Origin: Gammaproteobacteria bacterium
Lineage (GTDB): Bacteria > Pseudomonadota > Gammaproteobacteria > UBA9214
Length of the DNA: 40,872 bases
Assembly (NCBI GenBank): GCA_049664445.1
Contig: JBATFE010000468.1
Coordinates: 1 to 40,872, forward strand
Direction: 5' to 3'
The notes beneath the pieces were generated by a model that was given only the letters and a program-made list of their open reading frames with translations, was not told the DNA's origin and did not search any database. Below, in pieces: positions 31,017-40,872 of the stretch. Within the stretch, counting starts at the first letter, position 1, and each line of letters starts with the position of its first letter. A program made the translations under genes and the position numbers.

Positions 31017-32302
31017 GCGAAATAAAATCCATCCATTTCATCTTCACCCGGTAATATCTGTCTGCCATGCAGGCAATCCCGCCCCCACGCTGCATCTATA
31101 GACACCTCTGCAGCATCAGACTGGTGCTCGAGAAAACGGGCGACCTGACTGCTGTTTTCATCAATCAGTACCGAGCAGGTACTGTACAAAAGCATACCGC
31201 CTGGCACCAGCAAGGGCCACAGCCCCTGCAATAGCCGTTCCTGCCTGGATACCAGTGTCGCAACGTCACCTGGCTTACGCAATAATTTGATATCCGGATG
31301 CCGGCGAATGACACCCGTTGCCGAACACGGCACATCCAGCAGAATACGGTCATACGGTCGACCGTCCCACCACGCTGATGGCTCTGCGGCATCACCCTGC
31401 TGCAAATCCGCGTGCAGTGACAGGCGCGACAGGTTCTCTTCAATGCGCCGCAGACGACGCCCATCGATATCAATCGCGGTCAAGCCGTTTAATTCAGGCT
31501 CGACTTCCAGGATGTGCGCCGTTTTTCCACCCGGTGCCGCACAGGCATCCAGTACCCGCAGACCCGGCGCGAGTGCCAGCAGTCCGGCAGCCAGCTGGGC
31601 GGCGCCATCCTGCACGGATACCACACCTTCAGAAAAACCGGGCAACTTCTCCACGGGAACCGGCTTTTTCAACATCAGGCCTGTTTCCACGTGCGGCAGC
31701 GGTAGTGCCTCTATTGACCTGGCATTCAATCCATCAAGGTACTCATCCCGGGTGATGCGGCATTGATTGACACGCAAGCTGAATGGCGGCCGTTCATTAT
31801 TTGCCGTGAGAATGGCTTCCCAGTCATGTGGCCAGTCTGTTTGCAGCCGTTCTATGAACCACGCCGGATGCGCAAATTTCACCTCGGCATCAGCGTCGGC
31901 CGTCACCTCGAGCGGACCGGCACGACGCTGAAAGTTGCGTAACACGGCATTCACCAGTCCACGCGCCCAGTCTTTCTTCAATGCCTCTGTTGCCTGCACC
32001 GTCTCATTGACTGCCACCCGCTGCGGCATTGCCAGTTGCGTTAACTGGTACAAGCCAATCAACAGCAGACAGCGAACGTCGGCATCCCGCTCTTTCAGCG
32101 GCTTTTGCAAGAGCTGCTTCAGCAGGGCATCCAGCCGGTAAAACCAGCGCAAGGTGCCATAGGCCAGTTCCTGGATCAGCGCCCGCTGGCGGGCATCACT
32201 CACGGGCTGCACAGCATCCGGCAAGGCATCAGTCAGCGATTCCCCGCCGGCAACAACCCGTACGAGTACCCTGGCAGCGCACGCACGCGCGTCAATCGTC
32301 AT
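30995..32302 (-). CDS. rsmB: 16S rRNA (cytosine967-C5)-methyltransferase
   Basis: N-terminal NusB-like domain (AYGTLRW...). SAM-MTase motifs (VLDACAAPGGKT, DRILLDVPCSATGVIRRHPD and STCS). It lies downstream of fmt. Confidence 0.9.
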   Translation of the reverse strand: MTIDARACAARVLVRVVAGGESLTDALPDAVQPVSDARQRALIQELAYGTLRWFYRLDALLKQLLQKPLKERDADVRCLLLIGLYQLTQLAMPQRVAVNETVQATEALKKDWARGLVNAVLRNFQRRAGPLEVTADADAEVKFAHPAWFIERLQTDWPHDWEAILTANNERPPFSLRVNQCRITRDEYLDGLNARSIEALPLPHVETGLMLKKPVPVEKLPGFSEGVVSVQDGAAQLAAGLLALAPGLRVLDACAAPGGKTAHILEVEPELNGLTAIDIDGRRLRRIEENLSRLSLHADLQQGDAAEPSAWWDGRPYDRILLDVPCSATGVIRRHPDIKLLRKPGDVATLVSRQERLLQGLWPLLVPGGMLLYSTCSVLIDENSSQVARFLEHQSDAAEVSIDAAWGRDCLHGRQILPGEDEMDGFYFACLQKLR

Positions 32303-32326
32303 GTCAAGCCGACAGCCCGGATGCTA

Positions 32327-33256
32327 TTAGCTCCCAAGAAGCATGCCATCCAGTGCATGTACATTGATGAAATCAACAGCATCTATGACACGTGCCCCCG
32401 GCAACTGCACCTTGTTAATGCACAGTCGCCCTTGACCACAGGCCACTTCAATTCCTGCTCTGGATGCTGACAACACGGTGCCGGGTACGGTATCACTGTC
32501 CACAGGCAGCGGGTATGCCTCCCAGATTCGCAGCTGGCGTCCTTGATAACGCGTCTCAGCCACCGGCCATGAATTAAATGCCCGTATCTTGTTGGCAATA
32601 TCTGTAGCAGAAGCGTTCCAGTCTATACGAGCTTCGGACTTCTGCAGTTTGCCTGCATAACTGGCCAACGACTCGTCCTGTGGATGTGCCTCGAGCTCAC
32701 CTTTCTCCAGTGCAGCAAGATTACGCGACAGCAAGTGCGCGCCCAGCAACGAGAGTTTGTCGTGCAAGCGTTTCCCGGTATCGTTCGCAGCAATCTCACA
32801 GCGTGAGCAGGCCAGCACAGGCCCCGTATCCAGTCCCGCATCCATCTGCATCAGGCAGACTCCGGTCTCGGTGTCACCCGCAAGAATCGCTCTTTGTATC
32901 GGTGCCGCACCACGCCAGCGGGGCAGTAATGATGCATGCACATTGACGCAGCCAAGTCCGGGGATAACCAGCACTGCCGCCGGTAACAACAGGCCATAGG
33001 CAACCACAATCATGAGTTGCGGCTGCCATTCCGCAAGCTGTTGCTGTGCCGCACCCGTTTTCAGTGTATCAGGCTGGCAAACGGGGACATCATGCTGCAT
33101 GGCCAACTGTTTAACGGGGCTGGCGACTGTTTGCCGACCACGTCCGGCGGGCCTGTCCGGCTGTGTATAGACCGCCACCACGTCGTGCGGACTATCCAGC
33201 AGCACCTGCAGTGATGGCACAGAAAAATCCGGTGTACCCGCAAATACTATTTTCAT
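32327..33256 (-). CDS. fmt: Methionyl-tRNA formyltransferase
   Basis: MKIVFAGTPDFSVPSL...VVAVYTQPDRPAGRG... and NVHASLLPRWRGAAPIQRAI form the Fmt signature. Confidence 0.95.
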   Translation of the reverse strand: MKIVFAGTPDFSVPSLQVLLDSPHDVVAVYTQPDRPAGRGRQTVASPVKQLAMQHDVPVCQPDTLKTGAAQQQLAEWQPQLMIVVAYGLLLPAAVLVIPGLGCVNVHASLLPRWRGAAPIQRAILAGDTETGVCLMQMDAGLDTGPVLACSRCEIAANDTGKRLHDKLSLLGAHLLSRNLAALEKGELEAHPQDESLASYAGKLQKSEARIDWNASATDIANKIRAFNSWPVAETRYQGRQLRIWEAYPLPVDSDTVPGTVLSASRAGIEVACGQGRLCINKVQLPGARVIDAVDFINVHALDGMLLGS

Positions 33257-33307
33257 GGTGTCGCCCGCCAGTCAGGCAAATCCCGGACAGGGACGAGACA
33301 CACTCGA

Positions 33308-33847
33308 TCAAATGACCCGATGACTCGACCGTGCGTCAGCGACCGTGCTTGTCTGTCGTTGCTCTTTTTCCAGTTTATTCCGGATTCGAGTGCGCTTCAG
33401 TTGTGACAGGTAGTCAACAAACAGCTTGCCATCGAGATGATCGATTTCATGCTGGATACAAACCGCCAGTAAACCGTCAGCCTGCATCTCGAATGGTTGG
33501 CCATTGCGATCCAGCGCCCGCAACCGTACGTGGTCTGCACGTTGCACCACCTCATAGACACCGGGCACGGAGAGACAGCCTTCCTCCATTTCTTCAATGC
33601 CCTCGAGATCCAGTATTTCCGGGTTAATCAGGCATAAAGGTTGGTCTTTTTCTTCCGATACATCAATGACTACGACCCGCTTGTCAACATTCACCTGTGT
33701 GGCCGCCAAACCAATGCCGGGAGCCTCGTACATGGTGTCAAGCATATCATCAAGCAGCTGCCGAACACTGTCATCAACGGTTGTTACCGGTTGGGCAACG
33801 TTACGCAAGCGGGGATCGGGGAAATGCAGAATTTCTAGGAGTGCCAT
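33308..33847 (-). CDS. def: Peptide deformylase
   Basis: [15 protein letters not shown]..., [17 protein letters not shown] and HEIDHLDG are the three Def motifs. The ATG at 33847 is preferred over the longer ORF. Confidence 0.95.
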   Translation of the reverse strand: MALLEILHFPDPRLRNVAQPVTTVDDSVRQLLDDMLDTMYEAPGIGLAATQVNVDKRVVVIDVSEEKDQPLCLINPEILDLEGIEEMEEGCLSVPGVYEVVQRADHVRLRALDRNGQPFEMQADGLLAVCIQHEIDHLDGKLFVDYLSQLKRTRIRNKLEKEQRQTSTVADARSSHRVI

Positions 33848-34054
33848 GTGAATGCCGTCACGATTCAGTATCAACGTATCAAATATACTGTACCACAATC
33901 ATGCGTGTGACGATCACCGGAGAATGACAAAAGGTTTTGTTCTGTGTGGGTTTTCCGCTAGACTCGCGCATGACCTGAAGGCACCAGCCACGCAGCATCC
34001 TGGCGATGGCAAACTGGACTGGAAGTGATACAAACTCGACGTAAAAGGACACCC

Positions 34055-35086
34055 ATGACAACCAGGAAATTGATCGGATTGGTCTTCGCCGCATTACTCG
34101 CAAGTTCACTGTTTGCAGCTGATGTGGTTCTTAACCCGGAACACCCGGATCGCTATGTGGTTGTTAAAGGTGACACCCTCTGGGATATTTCAACCATGTT
34201 CCTGCGTGATCCCTGGCTCTGGCCGGAGATCTGGTACGTCAACCCGCAGGTAACAAATCCCCATCTGATCTATCCCGGGGATATCCTCACACTGGTCTAC
34301 GTCGATGGTAAACCGCAACTGCGTATGACCCGCGGCTACCCGACCGTCGCCCTGTCACCACAGGTGCGCGAGGAAAGCCTCGAAAAAGCCATTCCCACCA
34401 TACCGCTGGACGCCATACAGCAGTTTCTGACCCGTACCATCGTGGTCGGCGAAGATGAACTGGAGACCGCACCCTATGTAGTACAGAGCGCCGGTGAACA
34501 CGTCGTCACAGGTGTTGGTGATCGTGTCTATGCACGCGGTATCGACAATAATACCCATCCTGTCTATGACATTTTCAACCCCGGCGGTCCCTATATTGAT
34601 CCCGATACCAATGAGGTTCTTGGCTATGAGGCCCTCTTTGTGGCACGCGGTCCGGTAGAACAGTATGGTGATCCGACCACCCTGTATCTCTCTGAAACAA
34701 CGCGAGAAGTACGTGTCGGCGATCGTTTGAGGCCTGCCGACCGCGCCACCGCGGTCACTCACTTTCAGCCCCATGTACCCCCTGACAACACCGAAGGCCG
34801 CATAATTTCAGTACTGGATGGTGTTACCCAGATAGGCCAGTTCAATGTCGTTGCCATTAACCTCGGTACCCGTGAAGGCATCGAGACAGGCCATATCTTC
34901 CGTATCTACCAGGATGGCGCAGTCGTCATGGATACCGTCAGCGGCAAGCGGAATGACAGGGTCAAGCTGCCGGATGAAGATGCCGGCCTGATCATGGTGT
35001 TCCGAAGCTTTGAAAAAGTCAGCTTCGGACTGGTTATGAAGGCAACCCGCGCCATCCATATCAATGATCATGTACGGACGCCCTGA
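34055..35086 (+). CDS. LysM-domain peptidoglycan-binding protein (TsaP-like, conserved next to def/dprA)
   Basis: Signal peptide (LIGLVFAALLASSLFA). LysM domain (YVVVKGDTLWDISTMFLRDPWLWPEIW..N....NPHLIYPGDIL). The synteny def / LysM protein / dprA matches that of the type IV pilus secretin-associated TsaP in other proteobacteria. Confidence 0.75.
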   Translation: MTTRKLIGLVFAALLASSLFAADVVLNPEHPDRYVVVKGDTLWDISTMFLRDPWLWPEIWYVNPQVTNPHLIYPGDILTLVYVDGKPQLRMTRGYPTVALSPQVREESLEKAIPTIPLDAIQQFLTRTIVVGEDELETAPYVVQSAGEHVVTGVGDRVYARGIDNNTHPVYDIFNPGGPYIDPDTNEVLGYEALFVARGPVEQYGDPTTLYLSETTREVRVGDRLRPADRATAVTHFQPHVPPDNTEGRIISVLDGVTQIGQFNVVAINLGTREGIETGHIFRIYQDGAVVMDTVSGKRNDRVKLPDEDAGLIMVFRSFEKVSFGLVMKATRAIHINDHVRTP

Positions 35087-35173
35087 AAACGCAGCATGCA
35101 CAGCGCTCGCCAGGGACGGTGAACACATGAATTCAGATACAGCCCGCGTGGCAGAGAGAGTCGGCTAGCCATC

Positions 35174-36307
35174 ATGGCAGCCTCCTCTAAAGCGACCACT
35201 ACAGACATCCTGAAACGCTGGCTCGCCCTGTATCACACGCCGGGCGTGGGTGCAGTCACATTCCACCAGCTGCTGGAGTCCTTTCCAAACCTGCAGGATC
35301 TGCCGGACACGGACCCCGCAGCACTGCACAATCTGGGGCTGTCACGCAAAGTCATTGATGCCCTGCAGCACCCGAACACGGCAGCCGTCATGCGTGATCT
35401 GGAGTGGCATGACAAACCGGGCAACCGCATCATGACCTGTCATGACATGGACTACCCGCCCTTGCTGTTACAGATAGCGTCACCTCCACCGCTACTTTAT
35501 ATACACGGTCATAGCGAGATCCTCAGCGAACCCCTGCTGGCCATGGTTGGCAGCCGCAACCCGTCGGCCGCCGGCGCGCGAACAGCTACAGAGTTCGCGC
35601 GGCACCTGTCAGCGGCCGGACTGGTGATCAGCAGCGGCCTGGCACTGGGCATCGACGCGGCCTGTCACCAGGGTGCACTGGATGCAGGTGCGCCCACCAT
35701 TGCCGTCATGGGTACCGGCCTGGACCGGGTGTACCCGGCGCGTCACCGTGACCTGGCGCGGCAAATTGCCGAACAGGGTGCGCTGGTATCAGAATTCCCC
35801 ATCGGCACAGCGCCGCGTGCAGAGAATTTTCCGCGCAGAAATCGCATCATCAGCGGTTTGAGCCTGGGTACCCTGGTGGTCGAAGCGGCGATCCGTTCCG
35901 GTTCGCTGATCACAGCCCGCTATGCCGGCGACCAGGGACGGGAAGTTTTCGCCATTCCGGGATCGATTCATAATCCGCTGGCCCGTGGCTGTCACCAACT
36001 GATACGGCAGGGCGCAAAACTTGTTGAGACCGCCCAGGACGTCATGGACGAGCTCGGTATGCTGGCGGAGAGCTGCTATCCATCGAATCAGGCCACTGAT
36101 GGCAATGATATGGCTGACGAACCCCTAAAACTCGACCCGGAGTACCAACAACTTATTGATTTTATTGGTTTCGACAATACCTCCATCGACCAGCTCGTGT
36201 GCAGTAGCGGATTGACGCCAGCCGAAGTTTCCTCCATGCTCCTGCAGCTGGAAATGAGCGGTTATATCGCATCAAGCCACGGTGGAATATATAACCGACT
36301 GAAATAA
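35174..36307 (+). CDS. dprA: DNA-processing protein A (DNA protecting protein DprA/Smf)
   Basis: The Rossmann-like core MVGSRNPSAAG...VISSGLALGIDAACHQGAL...TIAVMGTGLDRVYPARHRDLA..I...GALVSEFP.GT....NFPRRNRIISGLS.G.LVVEA...SGSLITA is the DprA signature. Confidence 0.95.
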   Translation: MAASSKATTTDILKRWLALYHTPGVGAVTFHQLLESFPNLQDLPDTDPAALHNLGLSRKVIDALQHPNTAAVMRDLEWHDKPGNRIMTCHDMDYPPLLLQIASPPPLLYIHGHSEILSEPLLAMVGSRNPSAAGARTATEFARHLSAAGLVISSGLALGIDAACHQGALDAGAPTIAVMGTGLDRVYPARHRDLARQIAEQGALVSEFPIGTAPRAENFPRRNRIISGLSLGTLVVEAAIRSGSLITARYAGDQGREVFAIPGSIHNPLARGCHQLIRQGAKLVETAQDVMDELGMLAESCYPSNQATDGNDMADEPLKLDPEYQQLIDFIGFDNTSIDQLVCSSGLTPAEVSSMLLQLEMSGYIASSHGGIYNRLK

Positions 36308-36317
36308 TAGGTTAAAT

Positions 36318-36791
36318 ATGAAAGAAAACGTCTTCGACGTACTGATGTATCTGTTCGAAAATTATTACATGGACGATGACGGTTCGGTGGCGCCGGACCG
36401 CGACATTGTTCAACAGGAACTCAGTCAGGCAGGTTTCCCGGCACTGCAAATCGATCGCGCCTTCCTGTGGATGGAGGGATTGTCTGGAGAGGAAAATCCG
36501 CCCAGCATGCAGGCCGAACGTTCCATGCGCCTGTTCGCAAGCCATGAAATGGAACGGCTCGATACCACCTGTCGTGGTTTTATCCTGTTCCTCGAACAGA
36601 TGGGCGTGCTGACGCCGGCCAGCCGTGAACTGGCCATTGATCGTGCCATGGCACTGGAGAGCGAGGATTTCGACCTTGACCAACTCAAGTGGGTCATCCT
36701 GATGGTCCTGTTTAACCAACCCGGTCAGGAAGCTGCCTACACCTGGGTCGAAGACCTGGTGTTCGACGACAACGCAAACTGCCTGCACTGA
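36318..36791 (+). CDS. smg: Smg protein (DUF494)
   Basis: MKENVFDVLMYLFENYY... is the typical Smg N-terminus. The conserved position between dprA and topA also fits. Confidence 0.85.
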   Translation: MKENVFDVLMYLFENYYMDDDGSVAPDRDIVQQELSQAGFPALQIDRAFLWMEGLSGEENPPSMQAERSMRLFASHEMERLDTTCRGFILFLEQMGVLTPASRELAIDRAMALESEDFDLDQLKWVILMVLFNQPGQEAAYTWVEDLVFDDNANCLH

Positions 36792-36827
36792 CACGCTGGC
36801 CACTGCGTCTGCCGCTAACAGATATCC

Positions 36828-39119
36828 ATGAGCAAGAACCTCGTAATCGTTGAGTCACCCGCCAAGTGCAAGACCATAAAGAAGTATCTCGGCAAGGACT
36901 ATGAGGTCATGGCGTCCTATGGTCACGTCCGTGACCTGATCCCCAAGGAAGGTGCTGTCGACACCGAGCATGATTTCGCCATGAAGTACCAGATGATCGA
37001 CCGTAATTCAAAGCATGTCGATGCCATCGTCAAGGCGATGAAAAAATCAGATGCCCTCTACCTGGCCACTGACCCTGATCGCGAGGGTGAGGCCATTTCA
37101 TGGCATCTGTGCGAACTGCTCAGGGACCGAAAGGCTATCAGGGACAAATCGGTTTACCGCGTTGTTTTCAACGAAATTACCAAGCGCGCCGTCAACGAGG
37201 CGATTGAACACCCTCGCGAACTGTCGACAGAACTCATCAACGCGCAACAGGCACGACGTGCCCTGGATTACCTGGTCGGTTTCAACCTGTCACCCCTGCT
37301 GTGGAAGAAAATTCGGCGCGGACTGTCCGCCGGTCGGGTACAAACACCCGCATTGCGGATGATTGTTGAGCGTGAAATTGAAATCGAGAATTTCAAGGCA
37401 CGTGAATACTGGACACTGGAGAGTGATCTTGAACATGAAGGCCAGGCAATCGTTGCGCGAGTGACGCAACTGCATGGAAAAAAGCTCAAGCAATTTTCGA
37501 TCACCGATGACAGCAGCGCCAACACCGCCAGAGATGAGTTGCTGAAGGCAGCCGCTGGCAAGCTGATCGTCGAGACTGTTGAAAAGAAACAGCGCAAGCG
37601 CAATCCGACGGCACCGTTTACAACCTCCACACTGCAACAGGAGGCTTCGCGCAAACTGGGATTTACCGCCAGCCGCACCATGCGCGTCGCGCAACAACTC
37701 TATGAGGGTATGGAAATAGGTGGCGACACGGCTGGCCTGATTACCTACATGCGTACCGATTCGGTCAACCTCGCACAGGATGCCCTGGATGAGCTGCGTA
37801 CATTTATACCGGAACGCTTTGGCAAGGATGCGTTACCTGCTGAAGCACGCACCTACAAGACCAAGGCAAAAAACGCCCAGGAAGCCCATGAGGCGATCCG
37901 CCCCACCGCCATCCGCAACACACCGGAGGAAATCAAAAAATATTTATCTGCAGAACAGTTCAAACTCTATGACCTGATATGGAAACGCACTGTCAGTTGC
38001 CAGATGACCCACGCGACCATTAATACCGTCAGCGTGGATTTCAAATGTGGCGAGGGCAACCTGTTTCGCGCCAATGGCTCGACCATCGTTGACCCTGGTT
38101 TCATGGCGGTCTACCAGGAAGGCGAGGATGACAAAAAAGCTGGCAGCGACGAAACCATGCTGCCGCCCCTGGAAAAGGGTGACGTCTGTAGATTGAATGA
38201 AATTCGCGCCGACCAGCACTTCACCGAGCCGCCACCACGGTACTCGGAGGCAAGCCTGGTGAAGACACTGGAAGAACACGGCATCGGGCGTCCGTCGACT
38301 TACGCCACCATCATATCCACATTACAGGCACGTGAATATGTCACCCTCGACAAGAAACGTTTCTATCCGACAGACGTCGGTCGCGTCGTCATCGAATTCC
38401 TGACCGAAAATTTCACCACCTATGTCGACTATGACTTCACTGCCGGCCTGGAAGACGAGCTGGATGCCGTTGCACGTGGAGAAAAAGACTGGATTCCGTT
38501 AATGAACGAGTTCTGGAAGCCGTTCAACCGGCTTCTGGACAAGGACTATTCGCGCCCCTATCCGAAACCCATCGAAGAAAAATGTCCGGAATGCGGCAAG
38601 CAATTGCAAATGAGTCTCGGCCGCGGCGGTTTCTTTATCGGCTGCTCCGGCTACCCGGACTGCAAATACACCCGCAATGTTGATGAATCCCACGAAAGCG
38701 CGGCACCGGAAGTGGTCGAGGGCCGCAGCTGCCCGCAATGCGATTCTGATCTGATCATACGTTCCGGCCGCTATGGCAAGTTTATCGGCTGCAGCAACTA
38801 CCCCGCTTGCAAATTTATCGAGCCTCTGGAAAAGCCGGAAGATACCGGAGTACAGTGCCCGGAATGCAAGCAAGGTAACATCCTCAAACGCAAATCAAGG
38901 CGCGGCAAAATCTTCTACTCCTGCGGGCGCTATCCCGATTGTACATACGCCATCTGGAACCAGCCACTGGCACAGCCCTGTCCGCAGTGTCACTGGCCAA
39001 TCACGTCTATCAAGACCACCAAGCGCTCCGGTACGCAACGCGTCTGCCCGCAGCAGGACTGTAAATTCATCGAACCCTGGGATGAACCCGTAACCGCTGC
39101 GGAAAACATTGAGGCCTGA
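36828..39119 (+). CDS. topA: DNA topoisomerase I
   Basis: TOPRIM N-terminus (LVIVESPAKCKTIKKYLG...YGHVRDL, ATDPDREGEAISWH). Active-site region ITYMRTDS. Multiple C-terminal C4 zinc fingers (CPECG...C..YPDC). Confidence 0.95.
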   Translation: MSKNLVIVESPAKCKTIKKYLGKDYEVMASYGHVRDLIPKEGAVDTEHDFAMKYQMIDRNSKHVDAIVKAMKKSDALYLATDPDREGEAISWHLCELLRDRKAIRDKSVYRVVFNEITKRAVNEAIEHPRELSTELINAQQARRALDYLVGFNLSPLLWKKIRRGLSAGRVQTPALRMIVEREIEIENFKAREYWTLESDLEHEGQAIVARVTQLHGKKLKQFSITDDSSANTARDELLKAAAGKLIVETVEKKQRKRNPTAPFTTSTLQQEASRKLGFTASRTMRVAQQLYEGMEIGGDTAGLITYMRTDSVNLAQDALDELRTFIPERFGKDALPAEARTYKTKAKNAQEAHEAIRPTAIRNTPEEIKKYLSAEQFKLYDLIWKRTVSCQMTHATINTVSVDFKCGEGNLFRANGSTIVDPGFMAVYQEGEDDKKAGSDETMLPPLEKGDVCRLNEIRADQHFTEPPPRYSEASLVKTLEEHGIGRPSTYATIISTLQAREYVTLDKKRFYPTDVGRVVIEFLTENFTTYVDYDFTAGLEDELDAVARGEKDWIPLMNEFWKPFNRLLDKDYSRPYPKPIEEKCPECGKQLQMSLGRGGFFIGCSGYPDCKYTRNVDESHESAAPEVVEGRSCPQCDSDLIIRSGRYGKFIGCSNYPACKFIEPLEKPEDTGVQCPECKQGNILKRKSRRGKIFYSCGRYPDCTYAIWNQPLAQPCPQCHWPITSIKTTKRSGTQRVCPQQDCKFIEPWDEPVTAAENIEA

Positions 39120-39164
39120 CCCGCGGTAATGCTCGCGGTGACAAGGGTCCTTTAGCGCGACATC

Positions 39165-39755
39165 ATGAGCTGGCATATCAGGGAAGCCGTCCGTCAGCTC
39201 GATTCCGGTGGCGTGATCGCCTATCCGACAGAAACGGTATACGGCCTGGGGTGCGATCCGTTCAATGGCCACGCCGCGCTGCACCTGATTGACCTGAAGC
39301 AGCGCAATATTGATCAGGGCCTGATCCTTGTGGCCAGTCATTTTGGACAACTGCAGCCGCTGTTGTTGCCGCTGAGCACGGTGACCAGACGGCGTGTCAC
39401 TCAAGCACGCAAGTCCCCCGTCACCTGGGTGCTGCCCTGCCCGCCGGAAATACCGTATTGGCTGCGTGGCAGGCATGACTCGCTGGCCGTCCGTGTGACT
39501 AATCACCCGGTTGCCGTCGCGCTTTGTGAATGCTGGGGTGGACCACTGGTTTCGAGCAGCGCCAATATTCATGGCAAACCGCCAGCGACCAGTCCGCTTG
39601 CGGTTCGCAAGGCATTCAACGGACAACTCGACTATATTCTGCACGGTATGCACGGCAGCACCAACAGACCCAGCGAGATACGCAATGGCCTGACGGGCGA
39701 ACTGCTGCGTGGAAACACCTCAATTTCGCACAAGCAAATACTCCCGGACGGGTAA
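39165..39755 (+). CDS. tsaC: L-threonylcarbamoyladenylate synthase type 1 (TsaC/YrdC/RimN)
   Basis: [18 protein letters not shown]... and ...[13 protein letters not shown] form the YrdC-domain signature. The size of about 196 aa means a single domain. Confidence 0.85.
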   Translation: MSWHIREAVRQLDSGGVIAYPTETVYGLGCDPFNGHAALHLIDLKQRNIDQGLILVASHFGQLQPLLLPLSTVTRRRVTQARKSPVTWVLPCPPEIPYWLRGRHDSLAVRVTNHPVAVALCECWGGPLVSSSANIHGKPPATSPLAVRKAFNGQLDYILHGMHGSTNRPSEIRNGLTGELLRGNTSISHKQILPDG

Positions 39756-39760
39756 GCGCA

Positions 39761-40690
<930 letters not shown>

Positions 40691-40786
40691 CAGCGCTAGC
40701 CTGCCGCTTGCGACGTACCTACGATGTACAGGGACGTACGCGTGTCGCGAGAGGGCAGGATGCCCGTAGCGACCATCCCTGTAGGC

Positions 40787-40812
40787 AAAAAAAACCCGCC
40801 TTGCGGCGGGTT
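40787..40812 (-). terminator. Rho-independent terminator oriented for a minus-strand transcript entering from the right edge (possibly bidirectional)
   Basis: Hairpin AACCCGCC-TTGC-GGCGGGTT, preceded on the plus strand by an A8 run. This gives a T8 tail on the minus strand. Confidence 0.7.
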
Positions 40813-40872
40813 GAAAACGCTTTTCAGCGTCGGAGGAGCCTTTACTACTACTGTGCATGACAAAATCATCTC

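Noticed and set aside
24061-32470. Antisense or shadow ORFs across trkH, trkA, ntrX, ntrY and rsmB, for example 25225-25737, 26026-26517, 26435-26953, 28555-29232, 31287-31766 and 32105-32470.
   Set aside because: The reason is the same: they overlap confidently assigned genes and have no motifs or RBSs.
36312-39653. Antisense ORFs of 163 aa (36312-36803, opposite smg) and 252 aa (38895-39653, opposite the topA end and tsaC).
   Set aside because: They mirror confidently assigned genes and have implausible composition. The 38895-39653 ORF spans an intergenic gap and two genes.
39530-39760. N-terminal extension of the hemF ORF, which overlaps tsaC by about 225 nt.
   Set aside because: Homology to coproporphyrinogen oxidase only begins after the ATG at 39761, which lies 6 nt after the tsaC stop. 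The extension is Gln- and Arg-rich with no family resemblance.

Overview
The window looks like a chromosomal segment from a Gamma- or Betaproteobacterium, judged from gene content and order; I cannot name the organism. It splits into two parts.

**Conserved core (about 14.6 to 40.9 kb).** This part is densely packed and reads clearly from the translations:
- tatCBA and hisE-I-F-A-H-B
- dtd, pip, and a DsrE-like/rhodanese pair
- an LpxL-type acyltransferase, trkH and trkA
- ntrX and ntrY, a DUF4390-like gene, rsmB, fmt and def
- a LysM (TsaP-like) protein, dprA, smg, topA, tsaC and hemF

**Accessory mosaic (about 1 to 14.6 kb).** It contains:
- a tRNA-Val(GAC), an IS91-family transposase remnant and a second tRNA-like remnant
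- a Nudix hydrolase and a hemerythrin
- a duplicated small lipoprotein gene, with one copy truncated
- an orphan Rap1a/Tai4-like periplasmic protein and a P-loop kinase-like gene
- an AT-rich, ORF-poor gap of about 1 kb
- an AT-rich gene for a secreted cyclophilin with Ca-binding repeats and a C-terminal sorting-signal-like tail
- a large membrane PAS-PAS-GGDEF-EAL protein

**Best candidate for an undescribed system.** This is a tightly coupled four-gene operon at about 4.6 to 7.5 kb. It encodes a MerR-type HTH protein, a classical ParA/Soj ATPase fused to a C-terminal CBM48/AMPK-beta-type glycogen-binding module, a MinD/ParA-like protein with no recognisable Walker A, and a domain-less protein. 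This architecture suggests a ParA-type positioning machine that binds a polysaccharide cargo, such as glycogen granules, directly.

No CRISPR array, rRNA gene or intact mobile element was seen.
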